A DNA stretch of 64,000 nucleotides from an uncultured Methylomirabilota bacterium. Its GTDB lineage: Bacteria; Methylomirabilota; Methylomirabilia; Methylomirabilales; 2-02-FULL-66-22. Shown here piece by piece: positions 10,870 to 21,357 of this stretch. Numbering within the stretch: the stretch's first letter is position 1; the number at the start of each line of letters is the position of its first letter. The stretch is taken from positions 160,001 to 224,000 of the forward strand of contig CAWJSJ010000002.1 of assembly GCA_963845565.1 (NCBI GenBank). The letters run 5' to 3'. Position numbers and translations under genes: made by a program. A model generated the notes under the pieces. That model saw only the letters and a program-made list of their open reading frames with translations, searched no databases and was not told where the DNA came from.

Positions 10870-11931
10870 CTACTTCATCTCTCGGATCTGCTTGACGATG
10901 CTCTCGCCGTTCGGGATCTGCTTCAGATACTTGTCGTACACCGGCTGGACCGCCTTCTGGAACCCGGCGATGTCGATCTGCCGCTCGATCTTGTTCTTGT
11001 ACTGCGTCTCGGCGGTCTTGAGCGCGGCCTCGTCGTAGTAGTTGCTGAACCAGCGCATGTAGTCCCGCGACGTTTCGGCGGCCTTCTGGAACACCTGCCG
11101 ATCAAAATCGCTCAGGCTCTTCCACCAGGCCAGGTTGGCGATCACCACCGCGGGATTGTAGAAGTGATTGGTGATCGACACATAGGGTGTGACCTCGACC
11201 GTCCGGTTGTTGAGGTGGTTGATGGCGGGGTTCTCCTGCCCGTCGATCACCCCTTGCTGCAGCGAGGTGAACACCTCGGGCCAGGCCATGGCCACGGCCT
11301 GCGCCCCCATGGCGTTCAGGCTGTCCACCATCACCGGGCTCTCCATCACGCGGATCTTCAGGCCCTTCAGGTCGCTGGGCGACTTCACCACTCGCTTGGA
11401 GTTGGTGAGCTGCCGGAATCCGTTTTCGTACCAAACCACGCCATAGAGACCCTGCTTCTCGAACTCGGCCAGGATCTGGCGGCCGATGGGGCCGTCCAGA
11501 GCCTTGTAGGCCTGCTGCGTGTTGGTGAACAGGTAGGGCAGGTCCACCAGTTTCATCAGCGGGTTGAAGGCCGACAGGGGGCCGGTCGAGGTCATGGTGA
11601 GCTTCATAGTGCCCAGCTTCACGCCTTCGACCAGATCGCGCTCGCCGCCGAGTTGGGAGCTGGGATACGCCTCGAACTTGAACCGCCCCTTGGTCATGTC
11701 CTCGACGATGGACGCCATGACCCGCATGCCGACCCAGTAGTGGGACTGAGGCGGTGCCGTCGACCCGACTTTCAACACCACTGGGCTTTTGTCGCCCCAG
11801 GCTTCCGTGGCCCCGGACTGCCCTGCTGCCGGCTGTCCTGCCTGGGCAACTCCCTGGAGGGCTGATACCGCCGCCAGGAGCATTACTGCGGCCACCATCG
11901 CTACCCACGTCGCCGTCCTCCGCGTTGCCAT
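10870..11931 (-). CDS. dctP: TRAP transporter substrate-binding protein DctP (system 1)
   Basis: Signal peptide, YPSSQLGGE, ENGFRQ, DLKGLKIRV, LQQGVIDGQEN. Confidence 0.93.
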   Translation of the reverse strand: MATRRTATWVAMVAAVMLLAAVSALQGVAQAGQPAAGQSGATEAWGDKSPVVLKVGSTAPPQSHYWVGMRVMASIVEDMTKGRFKFEAYPSSQLGGERDLVEGVKLGTMKLTMTSTGPLSAFNPLMKLVDLPYLFTNTQQAYKALDGPIGRQILAEFEKQGLYGVVWYENGFRQLTNSKRVVKSPSDLKGLKIRVMESPVMVDSLNAMGAQAVAMAWPEVFTSLQQGVIDGQENPAINHLNNRTVEVTPYVSITNHFYNPAVVIANLAWWKSLSDFDRQVFQKAAETSRDYMRWFSNYYDEAALKTAETQYKNKIERQIDIAGFQKAVQPVYDKYLKQIPNGESIVKQIREMK

Positions 11932-11989
11932 GACATTCCTCCTTGTGTGATGCGGTTCTCGGTCGATCGAACCGGCGATGCGCATACCG

Positions 11990-13267
11990 TTAGCGCATGA
12001 AGAGCCGGGGCACCAACAGCACCGTATCCGGAACAAACATGATCAGCACCAAGACCACCAGGATTGCCCCCAACAGAGGGAGGCTGGCCCGAAAAACCTG
12101 CATGATCGGCACCCCCCCGATTTGCGCGGCAACGATGGTACACACCGCAACCGGCGGCGTGATGAGACCGATGGCCAAGGCAACGATCGTGATCAATCCA
12201 AAGTGGGTCAGGTCCAAGCCGATGAATCGCACGACCGGGAGAAACATCGGGACGAGAATGATAATATTTGCGCCCAGGTCCATGACAAAACCCGCCAAGA
12301 GATACACCGCCACGATGAGACAGAGCAGGACCGTCTTGTTTGAGGTGATGGAGGTCATGATCTGAAAGACCTGGATATGCAACTGGAGAAACGTGAGGAT
12401 CCAGGCGAACAGCCCTGCCGCCGCGATGATGTACATGATGATCGCCGTACTCTTTGCCGCCGCCGCCAGGACCTGGGGGACGTGGGAAACTTTCAGCTCA
12501 CGGAACGCCAGCAAGGCCACGGCGAGGGCGTAGACGACCGCGACGACGGCGGCCTCGGTCGGCGTGAACACGCCAAAGAGGATGCCCCCCACGATGATCC
12601 CCGGCATGACCAGCGCCAGCACCCCGTCCCGCAACGAAGACAGAAATTCCCGGAACTGAAAAGACGTGCGATTCCCCCACGCGTACTTCCGGGCCTTGTA
12701 ATAGTTCACCGCCATCAGGGCCAGCCCGATCAGGATCCCCGGGACCATCCCGCCCAGAAAGAGGCGGGTGATCGACTCGAGCGCCACCATCCCGTAGATC
12801 ACCATGGGGATGCTTGGCGGAATGATGATGCCGATCACCGAGGCCACCGCGACGAGGGCCGTGGCGTAGTCCCGCGGAAAGCCGCCGTGAACCATCATGG
12901 GAATGCTGAGCGGACCGAGGGCGGCCGTGTCCGCCACTGCTGCCCCCGAGATGCCGGCAAAGAACATATTGGAGAGCACCGTGACGTGTCCCAGGCCCCC
13001 CGTGACGAATTTCGTGGACTCGTCGGCGACCCGGATGACGCGGCGCGCCACCCCGCCCTGCTCCATGATCTGCCCCGCCAAGATGAAGAAGGGCACCGCC
13101 AGGAGGATGAAGACGTCGGAGCCCGTGAAGAGCCGCTGCGTGATCAATCCCAGCGGCATATCGGGAATGATCACGATCGCGATCCCGCAGATGACCGTCA
13201 GGGCATAGGCGATCGGCATGTTGAACGTGACGAGAATGAGGAAACCGGCGATCAGCCAGAGGCCCAT
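11990..13267 (-). CDS. dctM: TRAP transporter large permease DctM (system 1)
   Basis: LAVPFFILAG, GISGAAVAD, IIPPSIP, FTPTEA, TPPV. Confidence 0.93.
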   Translation of the reverse strand: MGLWLIAGFLILVTFNMPIAYALTVICGIAIVIIPDMPLGLITQRLFTGSDVFILLAVPFFILAGQIMEQGGVARRVIRVADESTKFVTGGLGHVTVLSNMFFAGISGAAVADTAALGPLSIPMMVHGGFPRDYATALVAVASVIGIIIPPSIPMVIYGMVALESITRLFLGGMVPGILIGLALMAVNYYKARKYAWGNRTSFQFREFLSSLRDGVLALVMPGIIVGGILFGVFTPTEAAVVAVVYALAVALLAFRELKVSHVPQVLAAAAKSTAIIMYIIAAAGLFAWILTFLQLHIQVFQIMTSITSNKTVLLCLIVAVYLLAGFVMDLGANIIILVPMFLPVVRFIGLDLTHFGLITIVALAIGLITPPVAVCTIVAAQIGGVPIMQVFRASLPLLGAILVVLVLIMFVPDTVLLVPRLFMR

Positions 13268-13752
13268 TTGTCGATCTCCTCCTTTTGCTGAGAGCCCGGC
13301 CGGGGGAAAAAGACATAGCACGCCAGATTGAGCAGCATGATGACGGCCGCCAGCGGAATCGCCGCATAGGGAATCCCCATGGGCAACTCCATGGCCGGGG
13401 ACGGCTGGCTCATGTTGACCAACACCAGGCCAAACCCCGTGAACACCACGGTGAGCAGGGTCGCCACATACAGCAGGGCCATAGCAATCTCGGTCACGCG
13501 CTGCCAGCGCGGGGAAAAGCTCTTGGTCAGCAAGTCCATCCCCGGATGCCCGCCCTGCTTGACCACCACCGCCGCGCCGATCCAGATGATCCAGACGAAG
13601 ACGTAGCGCGCGACCTCTTCGGACCAGGACAGCGGCTGCTGGATGAAAAACCGGAAGATCACCTGGGTGAAGACCACGACGACCATGACACCAAGAAGGA
13701 TCTGGGTCAGGAGGTCCGCGGTCCGATTCACCACCTCCACCAATCGTCGCAT
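13252..13752 (-). CDS. dctQ: TRAP transporter small permease DctQ (system 1)
   Basis: WSEEVARY motif, about 4 TM segments. Confidence 0.9.
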   Translation of the reverse strand: MRRLVEVVNRTADLLTQILLGVMVVVVFTQVIFRFFIQQPLSWSEEVARYVFVWIIWIGAAVVVKQGGHPGMDLLTKSFSPRWQRVTEIAMALLYVATLLTVVFTGFGLVLVNMSQPSPAMELPMGIPYAAIPLAAVIMLLNLACYVFFPRPGSQQKEEIDKWASG

Positions 13753-13790
13753 ACGTTGCTCACCTCCACGAGCAGCGGCCGGAGGATCGG

Positions 13791-14825
13791 TCAGCGCCGG
13801 TATCGGGCCAGCTTGGCCTGGAACCCGGCCCGCGCAACAACCTCGGTGTTCACGATATGCTTCGGGATCTCCCCCCGGAAGACCGCCAGACACGCCTCGC
13901 AGTCGGCGATGGCGTTGTCCCTCACGATCTCTTCGGTCCACGCGATGGCGTGGGGCGCCAGGATCACGTTGTCCAGTGAGAGGAGCGGATCGGCCGGGTC
14001 GATTGGTTCCTGGTCGAAGACATCCAGTGCGGCGCCGGCGACGCGCCGCTCGGCCAACGCGGTGTGAAGCGCGTGCGGCTCGATGATTCCGCCCCGCGCG
14101 CAGTTCACGAGGAACGCCGTGGGCTTCATCAGCCCCAGTTCGCGCGCGCCCAGCAGGTGGCGGGTCTCCCGGTTCAGCAGGCAGTTGATCACGACGAAGT
14201 CGGACTGGCGCAGCAGGGTCGCAAGATCGACCAGCTCCACTCCAAGTGCGTCCGCAGCGGCACGGGACGCGTAGGGATCACTGGCCAGGATCCGGCCGGG
14301 GCCAAGCGGGCGGACCAGCCGGACGAACTCCGCTCCGATGTTGCCCAGGCCGACCGTGCCGACCACCCGCCCCTGGACGCACACACCGAGGCCCACACCA
14401 TCTCCGCGCCACGTCCCGGCCCGAATCGCCCGGTCCTTCGCCCTGAGCCCCTTCGACAAGGCCAGCAGCATCGTGAGCTCCGCCTCGGCCACGGGGCGCC
14501 GCACGCCGTCCGGCGTAATGCAGAGCGCAACGTCGTTCGCCGTGCAGGCGTCCACGTCAATCATGTCGTACCCAACCCCCCACCGCGCGATGACCGTCAG
14601 CCGGTCGTGCCCGGTGAAGCTGTCCGGGCCGAACTTCAGGGCCATATTGATCACCGCATCCGCATCCTGGAGCTGTGCCGGTGTCGCCGTCGGCCCGGCT
14701 TCCGCAAGCCGTTCGTACACCAGCCCCGGCACCCCGTCAAATCGCTCCGCCAGCATCGGATCGATCAGTCCCTTGGCGTGGCGATCGAAGTCGGGGGTGA
14801 TGCCCACCCGAAACATGTCGCTCAT
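13791..14825 (-). CDS. D-isomer-specific 2-hydroxyacid dehydrogenase (NAD-binding)
   Basis: RWGVGYD, VGLGNIG, VNCARGG, ALDVFDQEP, LAPH. Confidence 0.9.
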   Translation of the reverse strand: MSDMFRVGITPDFDRHAKGLIDPMLAERFDGVPGLVYERLAEAGPTATPAQLQDADAVINMALKFGPDSFTGHDRLTVIARWGVGYDMIDVDACTANDVALCITPDGVRRPVAEAELTMLLALSKGLRAKDRAIRAGTWRGDGVGLGVCVQGRVVGTVGLGNIGAEFVRLVRPLGPGRILASDPYASRAAADALGVELVDLATLLRQSDFVVINCLLNRETRHLLGARELGLMKPTAFLVNCARGGIIEPHALHTALAERRVAGAALDVFDQEPIDPADPLLSLDNVILAPHAIAWTEEIVRDNAIADCEACLAVFRGEIPKHIVNTEVVARAGFQAKLARYRR

Positions 14826-14848
14826 CGGCCCCTCCATCGCCGGCGTCG

Positions 14849-15826
14849 TCAGCGCGCGCGGCTGGTCAGCAGTCCCACCACCTTCTGCAGGACATGCTCC
14901 GAAGTCATCTCATAGTGGTCGAGCAGGTCGTTGACGTGGCCGGTGTGGATGAAGTCGTCGGGGTCGGTCCCGATGGCGCCGACCGGCACGCCACAGCCGG
15001 TGCCAGCCAGGGTCTCGGCGACCAGCGAGTACAGGCCGCCGCTCCGACAGTGGTTCTCCGCGGTCACGATGACGGGCACCTTCCCGGCCAGGTCGCGTAC
15101 CAGATCCCGATCGAACGGTTTCAGCGACGGATGATGATCCACGCGGACCCGGATGCCTTTGTCCCTGAGCTTTCGCGCGGCCGCCTTGGCGGTCCGGATC
15201 ATGTATCCGGTGCACACGATCCCGGCGTCTACGCCGTCATCCACCACCGTCACGCCTTTGCCAAGTCGGAAGCGGTAGCCGTCGGCGACCTCGTTCTGCG
15301 CCACCTCGCACCGGACGATCCGGAGATAGAACGGCCCGGGGGTTTCGACGGCCACGCGGAGCGCCTGCGCCATTTCGTCGTTGCAGCCCGGCTCGATGAC
15401 GGTGAGGTTCGGTATGCGCAGGAGGATTCCGAGCTCCTTATCGCTCTGGTGGGTCGCCCCCGCCTTGCCGGTGAACAGGCCGGCGTACGCCCCCAGCACC
15501 TTCACGTTGAGATTCCCGTAAGCCACCGTGACATAGAGTTGATCCATGTACCGGCGGCAGAACGCATCGAAGGTGCACGGAAATGGGATATAGCCCTCTT
15601 GCGAAAGGCCGGCTGAAATAGCCATCAGGTTTTGCTCTGCAATGCCGACTTTTACGAGCTTGTCCGGATGGAAGTGCTCGAAGATGTGGAGTCCTGACGA
15701 GGTCCGCAGGTCGGCGTCCACGGCGACGATCCGTGGATGCTCGGCGGCCAGGTCGGCGAGCGCGTAGCCCATCTGGAATCGCATCTCGGTCGTCTTTTCC
15801 CGGGCGGGGATCGTGAACTGTGCCAT
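14849..15826 (-). CDS. Transketolase, C-terminal (pyrimidine-binding) subunit, set 1
   Basis: VGIAEQN, GATHQ, GPFYLR, LKPFD, TAENH. Confidence 0.9.
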   Translation of the reverse strand: MAQFTIPAREKTTEMRFQMGYALADLAAEHPRIVAVDADLRTSSGLHIFEHFHPDKLVKVGIAEQNLMAISAGLSQEGYIPFPCTFDAFCRRYMDQLYVTVAYGNLNVKVLGAYAGLFTGKAGATHQSDKELGILLRIPNLTVIEPGCNDEMAQALRVAVETPGPFYLRIVRCEVAQNEVADGYRFRLGKGVTVVDDGVDAGIVCTGYMIRTAKAAARKLRDKGIRVRVDHHPSLKPFDRDLVRDLAGKVPVIVTAENHCRSGGLYSLVAETLAGTGCGVPVGAIGTDPDDFIHTGHVNDLLDHYEMTSEHVLQKVVGLLTSRAR

Positions 15827-15837
15827 GATCAGGCTCC

Positions 15838-16875
15838 TCAGGCCTGGCGATCGGTGATCTGATCGGGATTGCCGTGCAACGGGCCGACGATCTCGATGGC
15901 GGTGTGCAGCGCGGCGGGAAGCTCTGCGGGGATCCCCAGACGCTTGCCGTCCTGCTCCCACAACTCGCGCAGCCAGGCGCCGGCGGCAGCGGCGTCTCGC
16001 GGCGCCGAGGTGTGCCAGTTGGGATTGTACTGGCACTCGGACACCTTCTTCCCCTTGACCGTGTTGAGGATGATCGCGATGGGTCGTCCACGGCGCAGCT
16101 GCCGCAACTGGGTGAACAGGTTGACGAGCTCGGACACGTCATGGCCGTTTCGCACCTCATAGACATCCAGACCAAAGGCGCGCAGCTTGTCCGCGAACGG
16201 TTCGAGGCTCATGTCCTGGCTCAGAAACCCCTTCGCTTGGACCTTGTTGTAGTCCACCACGAAGACCATATTGTCCAACCGGTAGTGAGACGCCGCCATG
16301 AACGCCTCCCACACCGATCCTTCGTTGCACTCGCCGTCTCCGGTCAGCACGTAGACGGTCCGGTCGTTGTGATCGGGACCGTTCCGGCGCATTCCCAGCG
16401 CCCGGCCGACCGCGACGCCGGGAATCTGGCCCAAGGAGCCACCGCTGATCTCGATCCCGGGCGTCCGCAGCCAGTCGGGGTGAGATTCCAGGTGAGAGTC
16501 CCAGCACCCATAGCCCTTGAGATCCGTCAGCGGGAAGTACCCGAACAGCGCAAGGGCCGTGTAGTGCCCCGGGCAGGCATGGCACTTCGACAGATAGAAG
16601 ACGTCTCGCATCGCCCACTTGGGATCGCGCGGATCATGGCGTAGGGCATAGTTGTACAGGACCGCCAGGAACTCCGCCTCGCTGAAACTCCCCCCGGGAT
16701 GTCCCAGCCCGGCGCAGGTCATCTCGTGCACCGTGTAGCTTCGGATGAGATAGGCGAGCGTCTCGGTGTTTCGGAGCAGATCGGCGTACTCGCCGTGGAA
16801 CGGCAGGCAGTCCACAGACGTGATTGGGCGCGCTCGCCATGGCTGCCAGAACTCACGAACGTCGAAAGGATCCAT
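15838..16875 (-). CDS. Transketolase, N-terminal (ThDP-binding) subunit, set 1
   Basis: GHPGGSFS, LSKCH, GSLGQ, GDGECNEG...N ThDP motif, TVKGK. Confidence 0.9.
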   Translation of the reverse strand: MDPFDVREFWQPWRARPITSVDCLPFHGEYADLLRNTETLAYLIRSYTVHEMTCAGLGHPGGSFSEAEFLAVLYNYALRHDPRDPKWAMRDVFYLSKCHACPGHYTALALFGYFPLTDLKGYGCWDSHLESHPDWLRTPGIEISGGSLGQIPGVAVGRALGMRRNGPDHNDRTVYVLTGDGECNEGSVWEAFMAASHYRLDNMVFVVDYNKVQAKGFLSQDMSLEPFADKLRAFGLDVYEVRNGHDVSELVNLFTQLRQLRRGRPIAIILNTVKGKKVSECQYNPNWHTSAPRDAAAAGAWLRELWEQDGKRLGIPAELPAALHTAIEIVGPLHGNPDQITDRQA

Positions 16876-16896
16876 CGACTCTCTCCGCGTGACGGG

Positions 16897-17673
16897 TCAT
16901 ATCTCCACGATACGCAATCCAGCGATCCCGTGCGCCAGTGCGTCCCGGTACAGGCCGACGTCGCTGCGATATGCGATACAGCGAAAACCCATCTCTGTGA
17001 GCGCGAGGCCTTCGTCGTGGCTAAACGCCAGAAAGCCTGCCGCCTTGCCGGTGGCGTCGGCCGCTTGGACGATCGTCCGGAGCGCCTGAAGGTACGTGGG
17101 ATGGGCGTACTGGCCGGGAACGCCGAGGGATGTCGAGAGGTCCATCTGCCCCATCCAGAGAACGTCGATGCCCTCGACGGCCGCGATCTCCCGGCACCGC
17201 TCCACACCCTGCGCAGTCTCGATCTGGGCTATCAGCATCGTCTCGGCATTGGCCCGTCGCATCGCGCCGGCGACGTCTTCCCCTCGGTAGTCGTCGTGGG
17301 CCAAGCCACCGGAGACGCCGCGCCGCCCATCTGGTGGGTACTTCGCCGCCTCCACGATGCGTCGAGCCTGTTCTGGCGTCTCCACCAGGGGAACCATGAT
17401 CCCCAACGCGCCGACATCGAGGAGACGCGAGATCAGGTGCGACTGGAGCGTCGGCACGCGGACGAGGGGGACTGGCCGCGTGAAGCGCATCACCGCCATC
17501 GCCCGCGCCAGCGTCTCTAGTTCCCAGGGGGTGTGTTCCTGGTCGAAGAGTACGAACTCCGCTCCGGCCGCCTCCGCAATCCGGCCGATCCCGGGCGTAA
17601 CGAACTCGAACACCATCGTCCCGACGAGTCGCCTTCCAGCAGCCAGTTGCCGCTTCACAGGATTCTCGCGCAT
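16897..17673 (-). CDS. HpcH/HpaI aldolase family protein (copy 1)
   Basis: FDQEH, LLDVGALGIMVP, YPPDGRRG, QIET, GQMDLS. Confidence 0.9.
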   Translation of the reverse strand: MRENPVKRQLAAGRRLVGTMVFEFVTPGIGRIAEAAGAEFVLFDQEHTPWELETLARAMAVMRFTRPVPLVRVPTLQSHLISRLLDVGALGIMVPLVETPEQARRIVEAAKYPPDGRRGVSGGLAHDDYRGEDVAGAMRRANAETMLIAQIETAQGVERCREIAAVEGIDVLWMGQMDLSTSLGVPGQYAHPTYLQALRTIVQAADATGKAAGFLAFSHDEGLALTEMGFRCIAYRSDVGLYRDALAHGIAGLRIVEI

Positions 17674-17688
17674 CTCTCTCCTTGGCGG

Positions 17689-18978
17689 TTATCTCCGCCC
17701 GAACAGAAGATTCGGAACCCAGAGACTGAGCGATGGAAATGCTATCAGAACAGCGACAGCGGCCACCATGCCGACGAGGAAGACGAGGCACTCGGGAAAC
17801 ACTTCCTCCATCTTCGAGTCGGTGACCATACAGGTGGTGATCAAGCACGGGGCGACGGGTGGAGTCACCAGGCCGACGGCCAGCGTCGAGACCAGAATCA
17901 CGCCGAAGTGAACACCGTCGTAACCGAGCTGTCTCGCCACCGGCAGGAAGATCGGCACGAGGATGACGATCGCCGGGGCGGGATCCATGAACATGCCGGC
18001 CAGGAGCAGAAGCACGACCAGTCCGCCCATCGTCACCGCGGCGCCCGGAGAGTTGGCGATGATCCACTCCGCCAGGCGCTGGGGGACCCGATCCGCCGAC
18101 AGGATATACGCCACAAGCGACGCGCCGGCCATCATGAAGAGGATGCCGCCCGAGTCCCGGGCCGACTCCTTGATCGTCTGCCAGAGGTCGCGTCGGTCGA
18201 GATTCTTGTAGACCACGCCCGCAACCAGAATGCAGTACAGGGCGGCGACCGCGGCCGCCTCTGTTGCCGTGACGACGCCGCTGAAGATTCCGCCCAGGAT
18301 CACAATGGGCGTGAGCAGGGCCCAAAAGCCGTCCTTAAACGTCGCCGCGACCTGCCGAACCGAGAATCGCTGGTCGCCTTCCCAGCCTTCACGTATGGCC
18401 CTGAGGTGATTGACCCCCATCATGATGAGCCCGAGGAGGATGCCCGGGATGAGGCCGGCGGCCAGGACGCGGCCGACGGACTCGCTGGCGGAGACAGCGT
18501 AGATCACCATGGGGATACTGGGGGGAATGATGATGGCCAGCGTTGAGGTGACCACGGACAAAGCGACTGAGTAGTTCTTCGGATAGCCCGCGTTGACCAT
18601 CGCGACAACCTCGATCCGCCCCAGGCTTCCCGCATCCGCGACCGAGGAGCCGGAGATGCCCCCGAAGATCATGCTTCCGACAACATTCACGTGGCCTAGC
18701 CCGCCGCGCAGCCAGCCAAAGAGCGCGCTCGCGAACTCGAAGATTCGCTGGCTGGTCCCTCCCGTCTCCATCACTCGGCCAACGAAGAGAAATAACGGCA
18801 CGGCGATCAGGAGAAAGCTGTTCAAGCCGGTAAACATCATGATGGGAATCAGGCCAAGCGGCGACGACCCGAAAAGCCAGAGAGAGCAGACCGCCGCAAG
18901 CGTGATTGAAAATGAAACAGGCGTCCCGACGCAAAGAAAGAGTGCCGTGAATAGAAACCAGCCAGCCGACACGCTCAC
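17689..18978 (-). CDS. dctM: TRAP large permease DctM (system 2)
   Basis: IAVPLF, GISGSSVAD, IIPPSIP, TATEA, TPPV. Confidence 0.92.
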   Translation of the reverse strand: MSVSAGWFLFTALFLCVGTPVSFSITLAAVCSLWLFGSSPLGLIPIMMFTGLNSFLLIAVPLFLFVGRVMETGGTSQRIFEFASALFGWLRGGLGHVNVVGSMIFGGISGSSVADAGSLGRIEVVAMVNAGYPKNYSVALSVVTSTLAIIIPPSIPMVIYAVSASESVGRVLAAGLIPGILLGLIMMGVNHLRAIREGWEGDQRFSVRQVAATFKDGFWALLTPIVILGGIFSGVVTATEAAAVAALYCILVAGVVYKNLDRRDLWQTIKESARDSGGILFMMAGASLVAYILSADRVPQRLAEWIIANSPGAAVTMGGLVVLLLLAGMFMDPAPAIVILVPIFLPVARQLGYDGVHFGVILVSTLAVGLVTPPVAPCLITTCMVTDSKMEEVFPECLVFLVGMVAAVAVLIAFPSLSLWVPNLLFGRR

Positions 18979-19460
18979 TGGTCGATTCTCCCCAGGTCAC
19001 GGATATCGGCTATCAACCTCTCAATAAGCCGCAGGATGCCCAGGAAGCAACCGACCGGATAACAGACATACACAATCCACTGCGGGATCGGCGCAGAGAA
19101 CCAAAGCCGCTTGGACGCGAATTGATTCAGAAAGAACTTCACGCCGAGCCAGAACAGGATAACTAAGAGACCGATCATCAACAGATGGGTCAACACCCGG
19201 ATGGCCCGCTGACTCCGCGCACTGCAGAAGAGTGGAATGAGGTCGATGCCAATATGCGCATCGCCTACAATGGCCGCCGACAGCCCGATGAAACCGATGG
19301 TGTAGAGTTGGTAGCGCGCAAATTCCTCAGTGATCGGCAGGTTGATACTGAGTAGGCGCGCGGCCGCCTGCGCGAGAAGCGTCAACATGATCAGCACAAG
19401 GAAGGTGCCCCCTATGCTGCTCTCGAACTCTGACCATCGATGCGCGTTTCGTCTCGACAT
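18975..19460 (-). CDS. dctQ: TRAP small permease DctQ (system 2)
   Basis: TEEFARY, HIGID, TM segments; overlaps the dctM start. Confidence 0.85.
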   Translation of the reverse strand: MSRRNAHRWSEFESSIGGTFLVLIMLTLLAQAAARLLSINLPITEEFARYQLYTIGFIGLSAAIVGDAHIGIDLIPLFCSARSQRAIRVLTHLLMIGLLVILFWLGVKFFLNQFASKRLWFSAPIPQWIVYVCYPVGCFLGILRLIERLIADIRDLGRIDQ

Positions 19461-19494
19461 GGGCAGCTCTCGAATCTTTTCGTCTCGGCAGCAT

Positions 19495-19527
19495 TGCAGC
19501 GGGCGAGGCGCGTCCTCGCCCGCTGCA
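19495..19527. terminator. GC-rich stem-loop between dctP and dctQ (system 2)
   Basis: TGCAGCGGGCGAGG-cgcgt-CCTCGCCCGCTGCA. Confidence 0.6.
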
Positions 19528-19536
19528 CTTCGGCTC

Positions 19537-20522
19537 CTACCGCATGTTTCGGGCCTGCTTCACGAGTTCGGCACCTACTTGCGGCAAATACTTCTCGACC
19601 ACGGGTTCGACCTGTTTCCCGAAAGCTTGTTTCTCCGCGTCGCTCAGGGAATAGACCTGCATTCCCTTCTCGCCGAGCGTCTTCACCGCTGTGACCGCGT
19701 ATTCGTCGATCAGTTTTCGCTGGAACAGGCGAGTGTCGTTGGCTGCCGTCATCACGATCTTCTGCAGGTCGGGTCCCAGTGAATTGAAGAGCTTCTCGTT
19801 CATGATCATCACCAGCGCATCGTAGGAGTAGTCCCAGAGGCTGGCGTACTTCTGGACCTCGTAAAGCTTGCCAGTAACCAAAACGTCGACGGGATTCTCC
19901 TGCGCATCCAGAGTCCCGAGTTGAAGCGCGGTAAACACCTCACCCCAGGGCATCGGGGCAGGCGCCGCACCGAGTGCCCGCATGGTGTCGACATGCAGAG
20001 CGCTCTGCAGGACCCGGATCTTGAGACCCACCATGTCTTGCGGCGTCTTGATCACCCGCTTCGAATTGGTCACCTGTCGCGGCGTACGCGGGCACCCTGG
20101 AGTACGCGAATACCCTGCGCCTGGAACTTCGGGCCGATCTTGGCACCCGGCTCGCCATTGATCACGCGCGTCAGGTGATCAATATCCTTGTAGAAAAACG
20201 GCAGGCCGACGATCATCGCCTCCTTGACCAAGTTCGTCAGGACTGGCGACGCGATCAGCGCCGCTTCCACTGCCCCGGACTGTACCATCTGAGTGAGGGT
20301 CTCCTGGTTACCGCCGGCCAGAGCACCACCGTGGAAGTTCTGCAACTTGATCTTCCCGCCCGTCCGTTCTCCCAGCAATCGACCGAACTCCCGGATCATC
20401 TGCCCATCGATCGACTCAAAAGGACCCGTGCCGTCCATCTTGACGATGATCTGTGCCTGGGCGAGGCCAACCGCACCGGTCAGTACGATTCCGAGCACCA
20501 CTAGCAAGAACAGTCGTTTCAT
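19537..20522 (-). CDS. dctP: TRAP substrate-binding protein DctP (system 2), split by a frameshift near 20090
   Basis: N-half has a signal peptide and FHGGAL; C-half has RQVTNSKR, GLKIRV and LQLGTLDAQEN in another frame. Confidence 0.85.
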
Positions 20523-20564
20523 CGCGCCTCCTCCGTCCGTTCGGACCATCCGGCCACCCGCGCG

Positions 20565-21332
20565 CTAGCTGCGCACGGCCGCGAGACCCTGCCGTAGCGC
20601 CTGCTGATAGATCCAGACGTCTGCGGTGTACACCAGGAACCGGAACCCTTGTTGGCGCCGCGCTTGAAGCTCCGCCACATCCAGGCTGCCGAAGCCGCCG
20701 GCCTTCCCGTGCCGCTGGCAGGCCTCCAGCACGCGGGCCACGGCGCGCTGGAAGTCGGGATGCGTGAACTGGCCGGGGATCCCCATGGAGTTGGTGAGGT
20801 CGAACTGCCCGATCCAGAGCACATCCACCCCGTCCACGGCGGCGATCTCGTCCGCCCGCTCGACCCCCTGTGCGGTCTCGATGAGGGCAACGAGAAGGCG
20901 TTCCTCGTTGGCGCTTCGCATCTTCGCCGCAACGTCGCCCGATTGGTAGTCGTCGTGGGCCACGTTGAAAGCGGCGCCCCGGCAGCCCGCAGGGGGATAG
21001 CGGGTGAAGCGCACGGCCTCCTGAGCTTGCGACGCACTTTCCATCATAGGCAGAACGATGCCCATGGCGCCCACGTCAAGAAGGCGCGCCACGAAATGGT
21101 ACTGCCCGGCCGGCGGCCGGACGATCGGAACCAGATCCGTTCCCCGCGAGGCGGCCATCAGACGCTTGATCGTCTCGATGCTCCAGCCGGTGTGCTCCAT
21201 GTCGAACACGGCGAACTCGGCGCCGGCGGCAGCAGCGATCCGAGGGATGCCCGAGGTGTCGAACTCCAACATCATGGTGCCCACCGAGATGCCGCCGCCC
21301 TGCAATGCCCGCTTGACACGGTTCTCTCTCAC
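20565..21332 (-). CDS. HpcH/HpaI aldolase family protein (copy 2)
   Basis: FDMEH, LLDVGAMG, YPPAGCRG, LIET, GQFDLT; clear paralog of 16897-17673. Confidence 0.9.
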   Translation of the reverse strand: MRENRVKRALQGGGISVGTMMLEFDTSGIPRIAAAAGAEFAVFDMEHTGWSIETIKRLMAASRGTDLVPIVRPPAGQYHFVARLLDVGAMGIVLPMMESASQAQEAVRFTRYPPAGCRGAAFNVAHDDYQSGDVAAKMRSANEERLLVALIETAQGVERADEIAAVDGVDVLWIGQFDLTNSMGIPGQFTHPDFQRAVARVLEACQRHGKAGGFGSLDVAELQARRQQGFRFLVYTADVWIYQQALRQGLAAVRS

Positions 21333-21357
21333 GCTCGACTCCTTGTCTTGGGACGGG

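Noticed and set aside
20070..20072. TGA in dctP system 2 as a recoded codon
   Set aside because: The downstream half is in a different frame, so this is an indel and not readthrough.
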